From Candidatus Eiseniibacteriota bacterium (lineage in GTDB: Bacteria > Eisenbacteria > RBG-16-71-46 > CAVPCR01): 64,000 bases of DNA. Positions 17,821-26,141 of this stretch are shown one piece after another (the stretch's first letter is position 1; every line of letters begins with the position of its first letter). A program made the position numbers and the translations under genes. Where the stretch lies: NCBI GenBank assembly GCA_963823555.1, contig CAWGMA010000001.1:2176001-2240000 (forward strand), written 5' to 3'. Below the pieces are notes generated by a model. It was not told the DNA's origin. It was given only the letters and a program-made list of their open reading frames with translations, and made no database searches.

Positions 17821-19044
17821 ATGAAGGCGATCCAGTACCGGCGAAGCGTGCCGCGCTACCTCCTCGTGCGAGCGATCGCCGGGCACTGGTCCCCGATCGC
17901 CACCGGCCCGCTCGCCATGATCGGCCTGCGCGAGCTCGAGGAGCCTCGTCTCATCACCGATTCGTGGGTGCGCATCCGCACGCGCCTCTGCGGCATCTGC
18001 GGCTCGGATCTGGCCACGATCCTCGCGCAAGGAAGCCCCTACTTCTCGGCCCTCACGTCGTTCCCATTCGTCCTCGGGCACGAGATCGTGGGCACCATCG
18101 ACGAGTTGGGCCCCGCCGTCACCGGACTCGCGCCGGGCGATCGCGTCACCATCGAGCCGGTCCTCGGCTGCACCGCGCGCGGCATCGCCGAGACCTGCCC
18201 GCAATGCCAGGCCGGAAACTTCGGAAACTGCGAGTACACGACACGCGGCTCGCTCGCTCCCGGCATCCAGACCGGCTTCTGTCGTGACACGGGCGGCGGT
18301 TTCAGCCCGCTCTTTCTCGCTCACTCGAGCCAGGTGCACCGCGTGCCCGACGCGCTCGACGACGATGCCGCGGTCCTGATCGAACCCTTCAGCTGCGCGC
18401 TACACGCGGCACTCAAGCCGGAGCTGTCCGCGGACGCCACGGCGCTCGTGCTCGGCGCGGGAACGATGGGCCTGCTGACGATCGCCGCACTCCGCGCCGC
18501 TGGCCGCCGCGCCCGGCTGATCGCCGTCGCCAAGTACCGCCATCAGGCCGAGCTCGCCGGCGAGCTCGGTGCCGATCTCGTGATCCGGAGCGGCCGCGAT
18601 CTCTACCGCGAGGTCTGCCGCGCCACCGGGGCCGAGATCCACCGGCCCGCGCTCGGGAAACCGGTCCTCTCGGGAGGCGCCGACGTCACCTTCGATTGCA
18701 TCGGGAACTCGGGCACGATCGACGATGCGCTGCGCTTCACGCGGGCTCATGGCACGGTCATCCTCGTCGGCATGCCCGCGGTGCCACGCCAGGTCGATTG
18801 GACCTCGATCTGGTACAAGGAGCTCGCGGTCGTCGGTGCCTACACGCAAGGCACCGAGACACTCGACGGCCGGCGCATGCGTACGTTCCCGCTGGCCATG
18901 GAGCTCATGCGGGCGCGGGGCGCCGTGCTGGCGCCGCTCGTGAGCGCGCGTTTCCCGCTCCAGGACTTTCGCCAGGCCTTCGCCCACGCGGCGGCGAGCG
19001 GGCGCCTCGGTGCCGTCAAGACCGTCTTCGCATTTCCCGGATAG
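17821..19044 (+). CDS. Zinc-dependent medium-chain alcohol dehydrogenase
   Basis: 'GICGSD', 'LGHE', structural Zn 'C..CPQC..GNC', 'VLGAGTMGLL'. Confidence 0.92.
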   Translation: MKAIQYRRSVPRYLLVRAIAGHWSPIATGPLAMIGLRELEEPRLITDSWVRIRTRLCGICGSDLATILAQGSPYFSALTSFPFVLGHEIVGTIDELGPAVTGLAPGDRVTIEPVLGCTARGIAETCPQCQAGNFGNCEYTTRGSLAPGIQTGFCRDTGGGFSPLFLAHSSQVHRVPDALDDDAAVLIEPFSCALHAALKPELSADATALVLGAGTMGLLTIAALRAAGRRARLIAVAKYRHQAELAGELGADLVIRSGRDLYREVCRATGAEIHRPALGKPVLSGGADVTFDCIGNSGTIDDALRFTRAHGTVILVGMPAVPRQVDWTSIWYKELAVVGAYTQGTETLDGRRMRTFPLAMELMRARGAVLAPLVSARFPLQDFRQAFAHAAASGRLGAVKTVFAFPG

Positions 19045-19092
19045 CCGGGCGCAGAGATCCGCGATCAGTCACCGGGAGGAAGAGGAGGAGAG

Positions 19093-20640
19093 ATGAAGTA
19101 CCTGACCTACTCGGGAAACAGCTTGGTCGAGGCGGAGCTCCCGGAGAGCGCCCACGTGTACTTCCCGCCGCCGCCGATTCCCGGGATCAAGCGCCCCGAC
19201 CTGCCGGCAGCGCTCCGCCGCACGGTCGAGAACCCGCTCGGCATGCCGCCGCTCCGCGAGCTGGTGGGCCCCACGGCCAAGGTCCTCATCCTCTTCGATG
19301 ACAACTGCCAGCCGTTCCCACCCATGCAACGGCCCGACATCCGCGAGACCCTGATCACAGAACTCCTCGCGATCCTGGGCGAGCACGGTGTCCGGCGGGA
19401 GAACGTCACGCTCATGTGCGCCGTCGCGCTCCATCGCAAGATGAAAGAGAGCGAGCTCACGCACATGCTCGGCGAGCGGCTGATGCGGGAGTTCCACCCC
19501 ACCCGCTGCCGGAACTTCGACGCCGAGGATCCCGACGCGATCGTCTACCTCGGCGACACCGAGAAGGGAGAGCCGGTCGAAACCGACCGCGCCGTCATCG
19601 ACTCCGACCTCGTCATCTATGTGGACACGGTCCAGATCCCGCTCAACGGCGGCCACAAGTCGGTGGCGGTCGGGCTCGGCACCTATCGCTCGATCGCGAG
19701 CCACCACGCCCCGCAGATGACCCTGGAGAGCCCCCATGTCATGCAACCCGACGGCTCGCACATGCATGAGCTCATCGAGCGACTGAGCCACGTGATCCTG
19801 AAACACGCGCGGATCATGGTGATCGAGGCGGCGATGAACGGGGCCACCTATCCGCCGGCGCTCGCCCATCTCGGCAAACCGCGCTCGCAGATGTCCGATC
19901 TCGAGCGGGCGCTCAACACGGCAACCCCCGTCGCCATGGGGCTCCTCCCCGAGCCGGCGCGCTGCGCCATTCTCCGCGGCATGCGCTCGGTGTACGAGCC
20001 GATCGAGATCCACGCCGGCGCGATCGACGCCGTGCACCCCCTGACCCTGGCCGCGCTCGACCGCCAGCTCCGGGTCCAGATGCCGCAGCAGTACGACACG
20101 CTGGTGTTCGGCCTCCCGGATCTGAGCCCCTACTCGGTCGGCGCGCGGGTGAACCCGGTGCTCGTGGTGAGCGATGTCCTCGGCTACGTCTTCAACTGGT
20201 TCTACAACAAGCCGTACGTCAAGCCCGGCGGCGCGGTCATCATCCTGAACCCGGTCTTCGAGATCTTCCATCCCGAGTATCACGTCGCCTATCGCCGCTT
20301 CTACGACGACGTGCTACTCGCGACCAAGGATCCGCTCGAGATGCAAGCGACGTTCCAGGAGAGGTTCGCCAAGGATCCGGTGCTCGTGGATTGCTACCGG
20401 AACCGCTTCGCCCATCACGGCTTCCATCCCTTCACGGTGTGGTACTGGGCGACCTATCCGCTCCGGTACCTGTCCAAGGTGATCCTGGTGGGGCCGCCGG
20501 ATGACCGGCAGGCGAAGCGGCTCGGGGTGTCGTGGGCGAAGAGCCTCGCCGATGCGCTGGCGATGGCGCGCGAGGCGACCGGTGGGAACGACGTCGTGGG
20601 GCTCACCATTCCGCCGTTCCTCTATGCGGAGGTGGCGTGA
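19093..20640 (+). CDS. Lactate racemase (LarA/DUF2088) domain protein
   Basis: 'ENPLGMPPLRELV', 'ILFDD', 'ALHRKM', 'NFDAED', 'LGDTEKGEPVE', 'GGHKS', 'ASHH'; strong GAGGAGG RBS. Confidence 0.82.
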   Translation: MKYLTYSGNSLVEAELPESAHVYFPPPPIPGIKRPDLPAALRRTVENPLGMPPLRELVGPTAKVLILFDDNCQPFPPMQRPDIRETLITELLAILGEHGVRRENVTLMCAVALHRKMKESELTHMLGERLMREFHPTRCRNFDAEDPDAIVYLGDTEKGEPVETDRAVIDSDLVIYVDTVQIPLNGGHKSVAVGLGTYRSIASHHAPQMTLESPHVMQPDGSHMHELIERLSHVILKHARIMVIEAAMNGATYPPALAHLGKPRSQMSDLERALNTATPVAMGLLPEPARCAILRGMRSVYEPIEIHAGAIDAVHPLTLAALDRQLRVQMPQQYDTLVFGLPDLSPYSVGARVNPVLVVSDVLGYVFNWFYNKPYVKPGGAVIILNPVFEIFHPEYHVAYRRFYDDVLLATKDPLEMQATFQERFAKDPVLVDCYRNRFAHHGFHPFTVWYWATYPLRYLSKVILVGPPDDRQAKRLGVSWAKSLADALAMAREATGGNDVVGLTIPPFLYAEVA

Positions 20641-21548
20641 GCACGAGCGGGGCCATGAACGCCGGGGGCGAGACCCTGGTCATCGCCAACCCGGTTTCGG
20701 GAGGCGGTCGCGGGCACACGCTCGGCGACCAGGCGGCGGCCCTCATGCGGGAACGCGGGATCGCCGCGCGGCTCGAGTTCACGACCGGCCCCGGCGAGGC
20801 GGAGCGGATCGCGCGCCAGGCGCTCGCCGCCGGGGGCAGGCGTTTCGCCGTCGTGGGCGGGGACGGCACGGTGCATGAGGTGGCGAACGCGCTCGCCGGA
20901 TCGGAGGCGGCGCTCGGCCTCCTCCCCTGCGGGCGCGGCAACGATCTGGCGCGGGTCCTCGGGGTGCCGGGCGAGGTCGAGCGCGCGGTTGGGATCGTCG
21001 TTTCTGGGCGTCAGCGGCGGATCGATCTCGGGCGCGTCGGCGGGCGGCATTTCGCCACCGTCGCCTCGATGGGGTTCGACTCCGAAGCAGCCGAGCTCGT
21101 GCACTCGGGGGCCGCTCCCCTGGGCGGAACGGCAGGCTACATCTATGCGGTGCTCCGCACCCTCGCGAGCTACAAGAGCCCGACGGTGACGATCCGCGGC
21201 GACTTCGGCGAGTTCACGGGCGAGGTGCTCCTCGCCGCGACCGGCAACACCTCAACCTACGGCGCCGGCATGAAGATCGCGCCGCGCGCAGTCTGCGATG
21301 ATGGATTGCTCGATGTATGCATCGTGCGGGCGCTCCACCCGCTCACCGTGCTCCGCTACTTCCCGCGCATCTTCGCCGGGACGCACGAGGATCTGCCGTT
21401 CGTGGCGATGCACCGCACGCGCCGGGTCGCGATCGAGACCTCGCGCCCGATCTGGATCTACGCCGATGGGGAGCCGATCTGCCGCACCCCAGCGGCGATC
21501 GAGGTCGTGGCAGGGGCCCTCACGGTGCTGTGTCCGGCGGGGGGGTAG
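20637..21548 (+). CDS. Diacylglycerol/lipid kinase (YegS/DgkB family)
   Basis: 'ANPVSG', 'GGDGTVHEV', 'PCGRGND', 'GFDS', 'YGAGM', 'DDGLLD', 'ADGE'; GTGA overlap with the upstream stop. Confidence 0.92.
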   Translation: MSTSGAMNAGGETLVIANPVSGGGRGHTLGDQAAALMRERGIAARLEFTTGPGEAERIARQALAAGGRRFAVVGGDGTVHEVANALAGSEAALGLLPCGRGNDLARVLGVPGEVERAVGIVVSGRQRRIDLGRVGGRHFATVASMGFDSEAAELVHSGAAPLGGTAGYIYAVLRTLASYKSPTVTIRGDFGEFTGEVLLAATGNTSTYGAGMKIAPRAVCDDGLLDVCIVRALHPLTVLRYFPRIFAGTHEDLPFVAMHRTRRVAIETSRPIWIYADGEPICRTPAAIEVVAGALTVLCPAGG

Positions 21549-21627
21549 TCGACGCGCCGCCCCTCCTCTCGATCTCCAGGAATAGCGCAGAGGGCCACAC
21601 GACCCGAGCGTGGCCACCGGGTCTTCC

Positions 21628-21655
21628 TTCACCCCGGCCGGGACCCTGCTAGAAT
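21628..21655 (+). promoter_or_regulatory. Sigma-70 promoter with extended -10
   Basis: TTCACC-16 bp-TAGAAT preceded by TG. Confidence 0.55.
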
Positions 21656-21742
21656 GGTCGCGGGCGGGATGCCGCGACCGGCTGTCCCGAGCCGCCATCC
21701 AACATGGCAACGGCCTGGGCGGCTCCCCCGGAGGAATGCACG

Positions 21743-24700
21743 TTGGCCGCGAATCGCAGGATTGGGCTCCTGGGTGGTCTCCGCGTCATCGACGGTGATC
21801 GAGAGATCACGCACTTCGTCACGCAGAAGACCGCTTCTCTCCTCGGCTTTCTGGCCTATCATCGCGAGCAAGCGCATCTCCGCGACACCGTGATCGAGAT
21901 GCTCTGGCCCTGGGCCAGTCCCGGAGCCGGCCGCCAGAGCCTGAGCACCGCGCTATCCGCCCTCCGCCACCAGCTCGAGCCGATCGGTTTCTCCCCCGGT
22001 TCCGTCCTCCTCACGGATCGCAACACCGTGCGCTTGAACCCTGAGACGACCGTCACCGATGTCCAGGAGTTCGAGACAGCACTGGCAAATGCTGACAAGG
22101 CGGGACCATCCACCAGGAGGCGACAGCTCGAGCGAGCCATCACCCTCTATCGCGGCGACCTGCTCGCCGGGCTCTATGAAACCTGGATTCCACCCGAGGC
22201 GGAACGTCTTGCAGAGCGGTTCCAGGCGGCAGCCTCGGAACTGGCCCGGATCCTCGCGGCTCGCGGCGAGAAGGAGCTCGCCGCCACTCACCTGGAGCGG
22301 GCCATCGAAACAGCGCCGCAGCGCGAGGAACTCTACCGGCAGCTGATGTGCCTCTATTCGGCACTCGGCGATCCTCATCTGGCGCTCGATCTCTACGCGG
22401 AACTGGAAGCCGGCCTGCGTCAGGGTCGGAGGCAGACCCCGGCGGCGGCGACCCAGGAGCTGGCGCAGGAGCTCAAGCATAGCGTCGTGGCTCGCCCCAT
22501 GGCGACGGCGGCACGCAGGCGAATCATCGATCGCAGGGCGCTGCGTGGAGCTCCCGCCACACTGCCCACCGGGACTGTGACCTTCATCGCCATTCTCGCC
22601 GCCAGCGGGTCCGAGCCCGAGCTCCGCGACCTTGGGTTCGATGAAGAGATGCGACGCCATGGCGGCGTGATGGTCGAACCCGAATCCAACAACGCCGCAT
22701 TGCATGTGATGGCGTTCTCGCATGCCGGCGACGCGCTGAACTGCGTCGCGGCGTGCCAGCTGAGAGCGGCACGGTCTCCGAGCAGGGACGCGTCGCGGCC
22801 GGCCATGGCCGTTCACACCTGCCAAGCGGACGTCGGAACTGACGGGCGCTATCCACGCGGCACCCTCGAACATGTGTTGAGCCTCCTGGCCGTGAGCCAT
22901 CCCGGGCAGATCTTGTACACGGAGACCGCCGCGGCCCTCGTCCGCCATGGATTGAGCGGTGGATTCGGGATGCGCAAACTCGGCCGCTATCGCCTACCGG
23001 GCGGCGCGGCTCCTGAACCCCTCTGTCAGATCGATTACCCGGGCGGTCCCGAGAGCTTTCCCCCGCTCAGAGCCGAACCCGGCCCTGCCAACCATCTGCC
23101 CGTCCGCATGACACGCTTCTTCGGACGCGAGGGCGAGATACTCCAGATCGAGGCCATGCTCTCGAGTGGGGCCCGGCTCATAACCCTCGTCGGCGCGCCG
23201 GGATGCGGAAAGACACGCCTCGCACTCGAGATGGCGAATCGGATGGTCGAGGCGTTCGCTGGTCGTGTGTGGTTCGTGCCACTGACCGACCTGCCCGAGG
23301 GTAGTGGCATCCACGACCGGACTCTCGACTCGCTCCGGATCACGCGTTCTCCTCGGATCCCACCCCTCGGTCGAATCGAGTCGGAACTCGCCGATCACCG
23401 GGCGCTCATCGTGTTCGACAACTTCGAACACCTGCTTGGAGCAGCGGGTGAACTGAGCACTCTGCTCGAACATCTACCGCACCTCCATTGCCTCGTCACC
23501 TCGCGACGGCGGCTGAACCTCCCGGAAGAGGAGTGCTTCGGGGTCTATCCCCTGCCGACGCCGATGGACTCCTCCATGAAGACCCTGCTCGCCAATGAGA
23601 GCATCCGGTTGTTCATCGATCGGGCCCAGGCCGTCGCGCCCGAGTTCGATTTGACTGCCGACAACTCCGGGGCTGTGGCGGAGATCTGCGCGCGTCTGGA
23701 TGGCATCCCGCTGGCCGTCGAGCTCGCTGCTGGCCGCCTCAACGTACTGGCGCCGGATCAGATCCTGGAACACCTGGGGGGGCCAGGAACCCTCATGTCC
23801 AGCCGCATTCGAGACGATGACACGCGGCATCGCACCCTGCGGGCAGCCGTGGACTGGAGTTACTCCCTGCTCGATCCCGAGCTCCAGACGTTCTTCGCGC
23901 AGCTCTCCGTGTTCGCGGGGGGGTGGACCACCGAGGCTGCCGAGGCGGTGTGCGATCAGCCGCTGGCCGAGGACCGCCTCTCCGAGCTCTCCGCCTGGTC
24001 GCTGGTCCTCTTCAGGGAAGCGAGCGAAATCGGAGCACAAGCGGGAACCGGTTCCGAGCCTCGCTTCGAGATGTACGCGAGCCTCCGGGAGTTCGCGCGC
24101 GAGAAGCTGCATGCGCTCGACGCTGACCTGGAGCGCCAGGCAGAGGAGCGGCATGGACGGTGGTATGCGCAGCATGGCACCGACGCGGCCATCACGGCGC
24201 TCGACCTGCACGGTGGAGTGGAGCGCCGCAAGAAGCTGGGAAGGGAGCTGGAGAACCTGGTCGTTGCCTGCCAGCGAGCCAGCGAGCGTGGCGATGGCGA
24301 GATCGCCGGGGATGCCTATTGTGGCGCGGCGGCGGTGCTCCTCTTCCAGGGGCCCTTCCACAGGGCCATCTCCCTCGGCGAGCGGGTGGGGGCACTGCCG
24401 CTCGATCAGCCGCACCGGATCCGGGTACTCAGGTATCTGGGGATCGCGGAACTTCGTTCCGGACAACACGATCAGGCAAGGGGCCACTTCGAGGCCGGGC
24501 TTGCGCTGGCGCGAGAGACGGGTCAGCGGCGCGATGAGGGCATGCTCCTCGCATGCCTGTACAGCCTTTGCCGGGAGCAGAACCGATTTCAAGAAGCACG
24601 CTCGCTCATCGAGGGCGCCCTGGCCATCGCCCGGGAGGTCGGAGATCGGATCAATGAGGGCATCTTCCTCGGAAACCTGGGTTCTCTGGACTTCACTGTG

Positions 24701-25669
24701 GGTCGGGTGAGAGAGGCGGAATCCCATACCAAGGCGGCGATCGCCATCCATCGCGAGGTCGGCAACCGCAGTCAGGAGGGTCTCTGCCTCGGAAACTTCG
24801 GCGTCATCTGCCGCGAGCAGGGCCGCACGAGCGAGGCACGCACCCATTATGAGTCGGCGCTCGCCATCCATCGCGAGGTCGGCAACCGGCGGCTGGAAGG
24901 GGTTCTCCTCGGTTATCTGGGGAATCTGTGCCGCTCTCAGGGGAAGCGCGACGAGTCCCGCACCTATCTCGAGGCGGCGCTCGCCATCCACCGGGAAGTC
25001 GGCAACCTCGCCTCCGTCGGGATCACGCTCGGTTTTCTGGGCAATCTGCATCGCGAGCAGGGCAGGATCGACGAGGCGGTCACGCTCTACGATGATGCCC
25101 TGGCCGTGGCGCGGAAGATCGGTGACAGGCGAACTGAGGGCACGATCCTGGGCAATCTCGGCATCTCGCAGTATGGCCGAGAGCGGATGCAGGAAGCCGA
25201 GTCGTACTACCGAGCGGCCATCGCCATTCATCGGGAGACATCTGACAGCGGAGGGGAAGGCCGTACGCTTCACAGCCTGGGGTTGCTCTGCCTCGAACAG
25301 AACCGACTGGACGAGGCGCAGAGTCATTTCGAGTCTGCGCTCGATACCGTGAAGGCAGGAGGCAACACGCGAAGCGAGGGTGCCATCCTCGAGAGTCTGG
25401 GCTCCGTGTTCATGGCCAAGGGCCTGATCCAGCAGGCAAGGGAAGCGATCGACCGCGGTGAGGAGATTCTCCGCGCGGTCGGCAACCCATGGGAACTGGC
25501 AAGCCTCTACTGCACGCGGGCTCAACTGGAGATGAAGATCGGCAACCCGTCCGCCGCCATCACGGCGCTCAGGAGGGCGGAGGACCTGGCCGTCCAGGCG
25601 GGGGCGGGACCGGAATCGGAACTGGCGAAACGGCTGGCCGAAGCCCGCCTGATCTGCCCGGCGCTCTAG
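21743..25669 (+). CDS. AfsR-like STAND regulator: wHTH+BTAD (SARP), degenerate class III cyclase, NB-ARC-like ATPase, TPR array
   Basis: 'TQKTASLLGFLA', 'LYRGDLLAG', Walker A GAPGCGKT, Walker B 'LIVFDNFEH', 'LDGIPLAVELAA', 40-aa TPRs. TTG 21743 follows GGAGG; alternative ATG 21704. Confidence 0.88.
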   Translation: MAANRRIGLLGGLRVIDGDREITHFVTQKTASLLGFLAYHREQAHLRDTVIEMLWPWASPGAGRQSLSTALSALRHQLEPIGFSPGSVLLTDRNTVRLNPETTVTDVQEFETALANADKAGPSTRRRQLERAITLYRGDLLAGLYETWIPPEAERLAERFQAAASELARILAARGEKELAATHLERAIETAPQREELYRQLMCLYSALGDPHLALDLYAELEAGLRQGRRQTPAAATQELAQELKHSVVARPMATAARRRIIDRRALRGAPATLPTGTVTFIAILAASGSEPELRDLGFDEEMRRHGGVMVEPESNNAALHVMAFSHAGDALNCVAACQLRAARSPSRDASRPAMAVHTCQADVGTDGRYPRGTLEHVLSLLAVSHPGQILYTETAAALVRHGLSGGFGMRKLGRYRLPGGAAPEPLCQIDYPGGPESFPPLRAEPGPANHLPVRMTRFFGREGEILQIEAMLSSGARLITLVGAPGCGKTRLALEMANRMVEAFAGRVWFVPLTDLPEGSGIHDRTLDSLRITRSPRIPPLGRIESELADHRALIVFDNFEHLLGAAGELSTLLEHLPHLHCLVTSRRRLNLPEEECFGVYPLPTPMDSSMKTLLANESIRLFIDRAQAVAPEFDLTADNSGAVAEICARLDGIPLAVELAAGRLNVLAPDQILEHLGGPGTLMSSRIRDDDTRHRTLRAAVDWSYSLLDPELQTFFAQLSVFAGGWTTEAAEAVCDQPLAEDRLSELSAWSLVLFREASEIGAQAGTGSEPRFEMYASLREFAREKLHALDADLERQAEERHGRWYAQHGTDAAITALDLHGGVERRKKLGRELENLVVACQRASERGDGEIAGDAYCGAAAVLLFQGPFHRAISLGERVGALPLDQPHRIRVLRYLGIAELRSGQHDQARGHFEAGLALARETGQRRDEGMLLACLYSLCREQNRFQEARSLIEGALAIAREVGDRINEGIFLGNLGSLDFTVGRVREAESHTKAAIAIHREVGNRSQEGLCLGNFGVICREQGRTSEARTHYESALAIHREVGNRRLEGVLLGYLGNLCRSQGKRDESRTYLEAALAIHREVGNLASVGITLGFLGNLHREQGRIDEAVTLYDDALAVARKIGDRRTEGTILGNLGISQYGRERMQEAESYYRAAIAIHRETSDSGGEGRTLHSLGLLCLEQNRLDEAQSHFESALDTVKAGGNTRSEGAILESLGSVFMAKGLIQQAREAIDRGEEILRAVGNPWELASLYCTRAQLEMKIGNPSAAITALRRAEDLAVQAGAGPESELAKRLAEARLICPAL
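24601..25260 (+). repeat. 120-bp periodic TPR-coding repeats
   Basis: tcgccatccatcgcgaggtcggcaaccg is identical at 24741 and 24861, with related units at 24621, 24981, 25101 and 25221. Confidence 0.85.
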
Positions 25670-25804
25670 ACCGCCTGTGGAGACCGCCCGGGCTCGATTC
25701 CAGGGGCCGAGCGGAAGCCTGCACTCCGCACGTCCGGAATGAAGCCGTAAGACATTATAAAAAGATCACTTACAGGAACATCAAGAACGATTTAAGACTT
25801 TTGT

Positions 25805-25992
25805 GAGAGTGAGCGCGCATCGTCACTTCACGCGCAACGAAGGTGATGAAGCCGCAAGCAAGCTCCGGCCAGGAGGGCCGGATCAGGCCGGGAGGTGCGC
25901 GGTTGGGTCGTCGGGGGAAGGCCGCTACCCCCGACCGCGCGCCAGGACGAGAAGCCCCGGCGGGTGGTGCCCCGCCGGGGCTTCTGCTTGTT
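25805..25992 (+). ncRNA. Candidate structured small RNA with multiple GGA motifs
   Basis: Follows an AT-rich patch (25748-25803), has several hairpins (tccggcc-aggag-ggccgga), ends in a strong terminator, and contains no coding-like ORF. Confidence 0.3.
25950..25985 (+). terminator. Intrinsic terminator
   Basis: agaagccccggcggg-tggtgc-cccgccggggcttct, a 15-bp stem followed by gcttgtt. Confidence 0.75.
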
Positions 25993-26141
25993 CGAGATGG
26001 CCTGCGATCCGCAACGATGCGGGCTATTCCCATTTCTCCCCTGTGGATGATATTCTCAGCAAGTGGCTCTGCGGGAACGCCTTCTTTCCCGCCTGAGTCG
26101 GTCGGTCCATCCCCGGCCCAGACCCATTCGGGAATCGAGCC

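Noticed and set aside
24741..25010. 28-bp direct repeats as a possible CRISPR array
   Set aside because: In-frame 120-bp period within a CDS, homologous 'spacers', and no cas genes.
23474..25525. 683-aa minus-strand ORF with apparent repeats
   Set aside because: Antisense to the STAND-TPR gene; its periodicity derives from the TPR codons.
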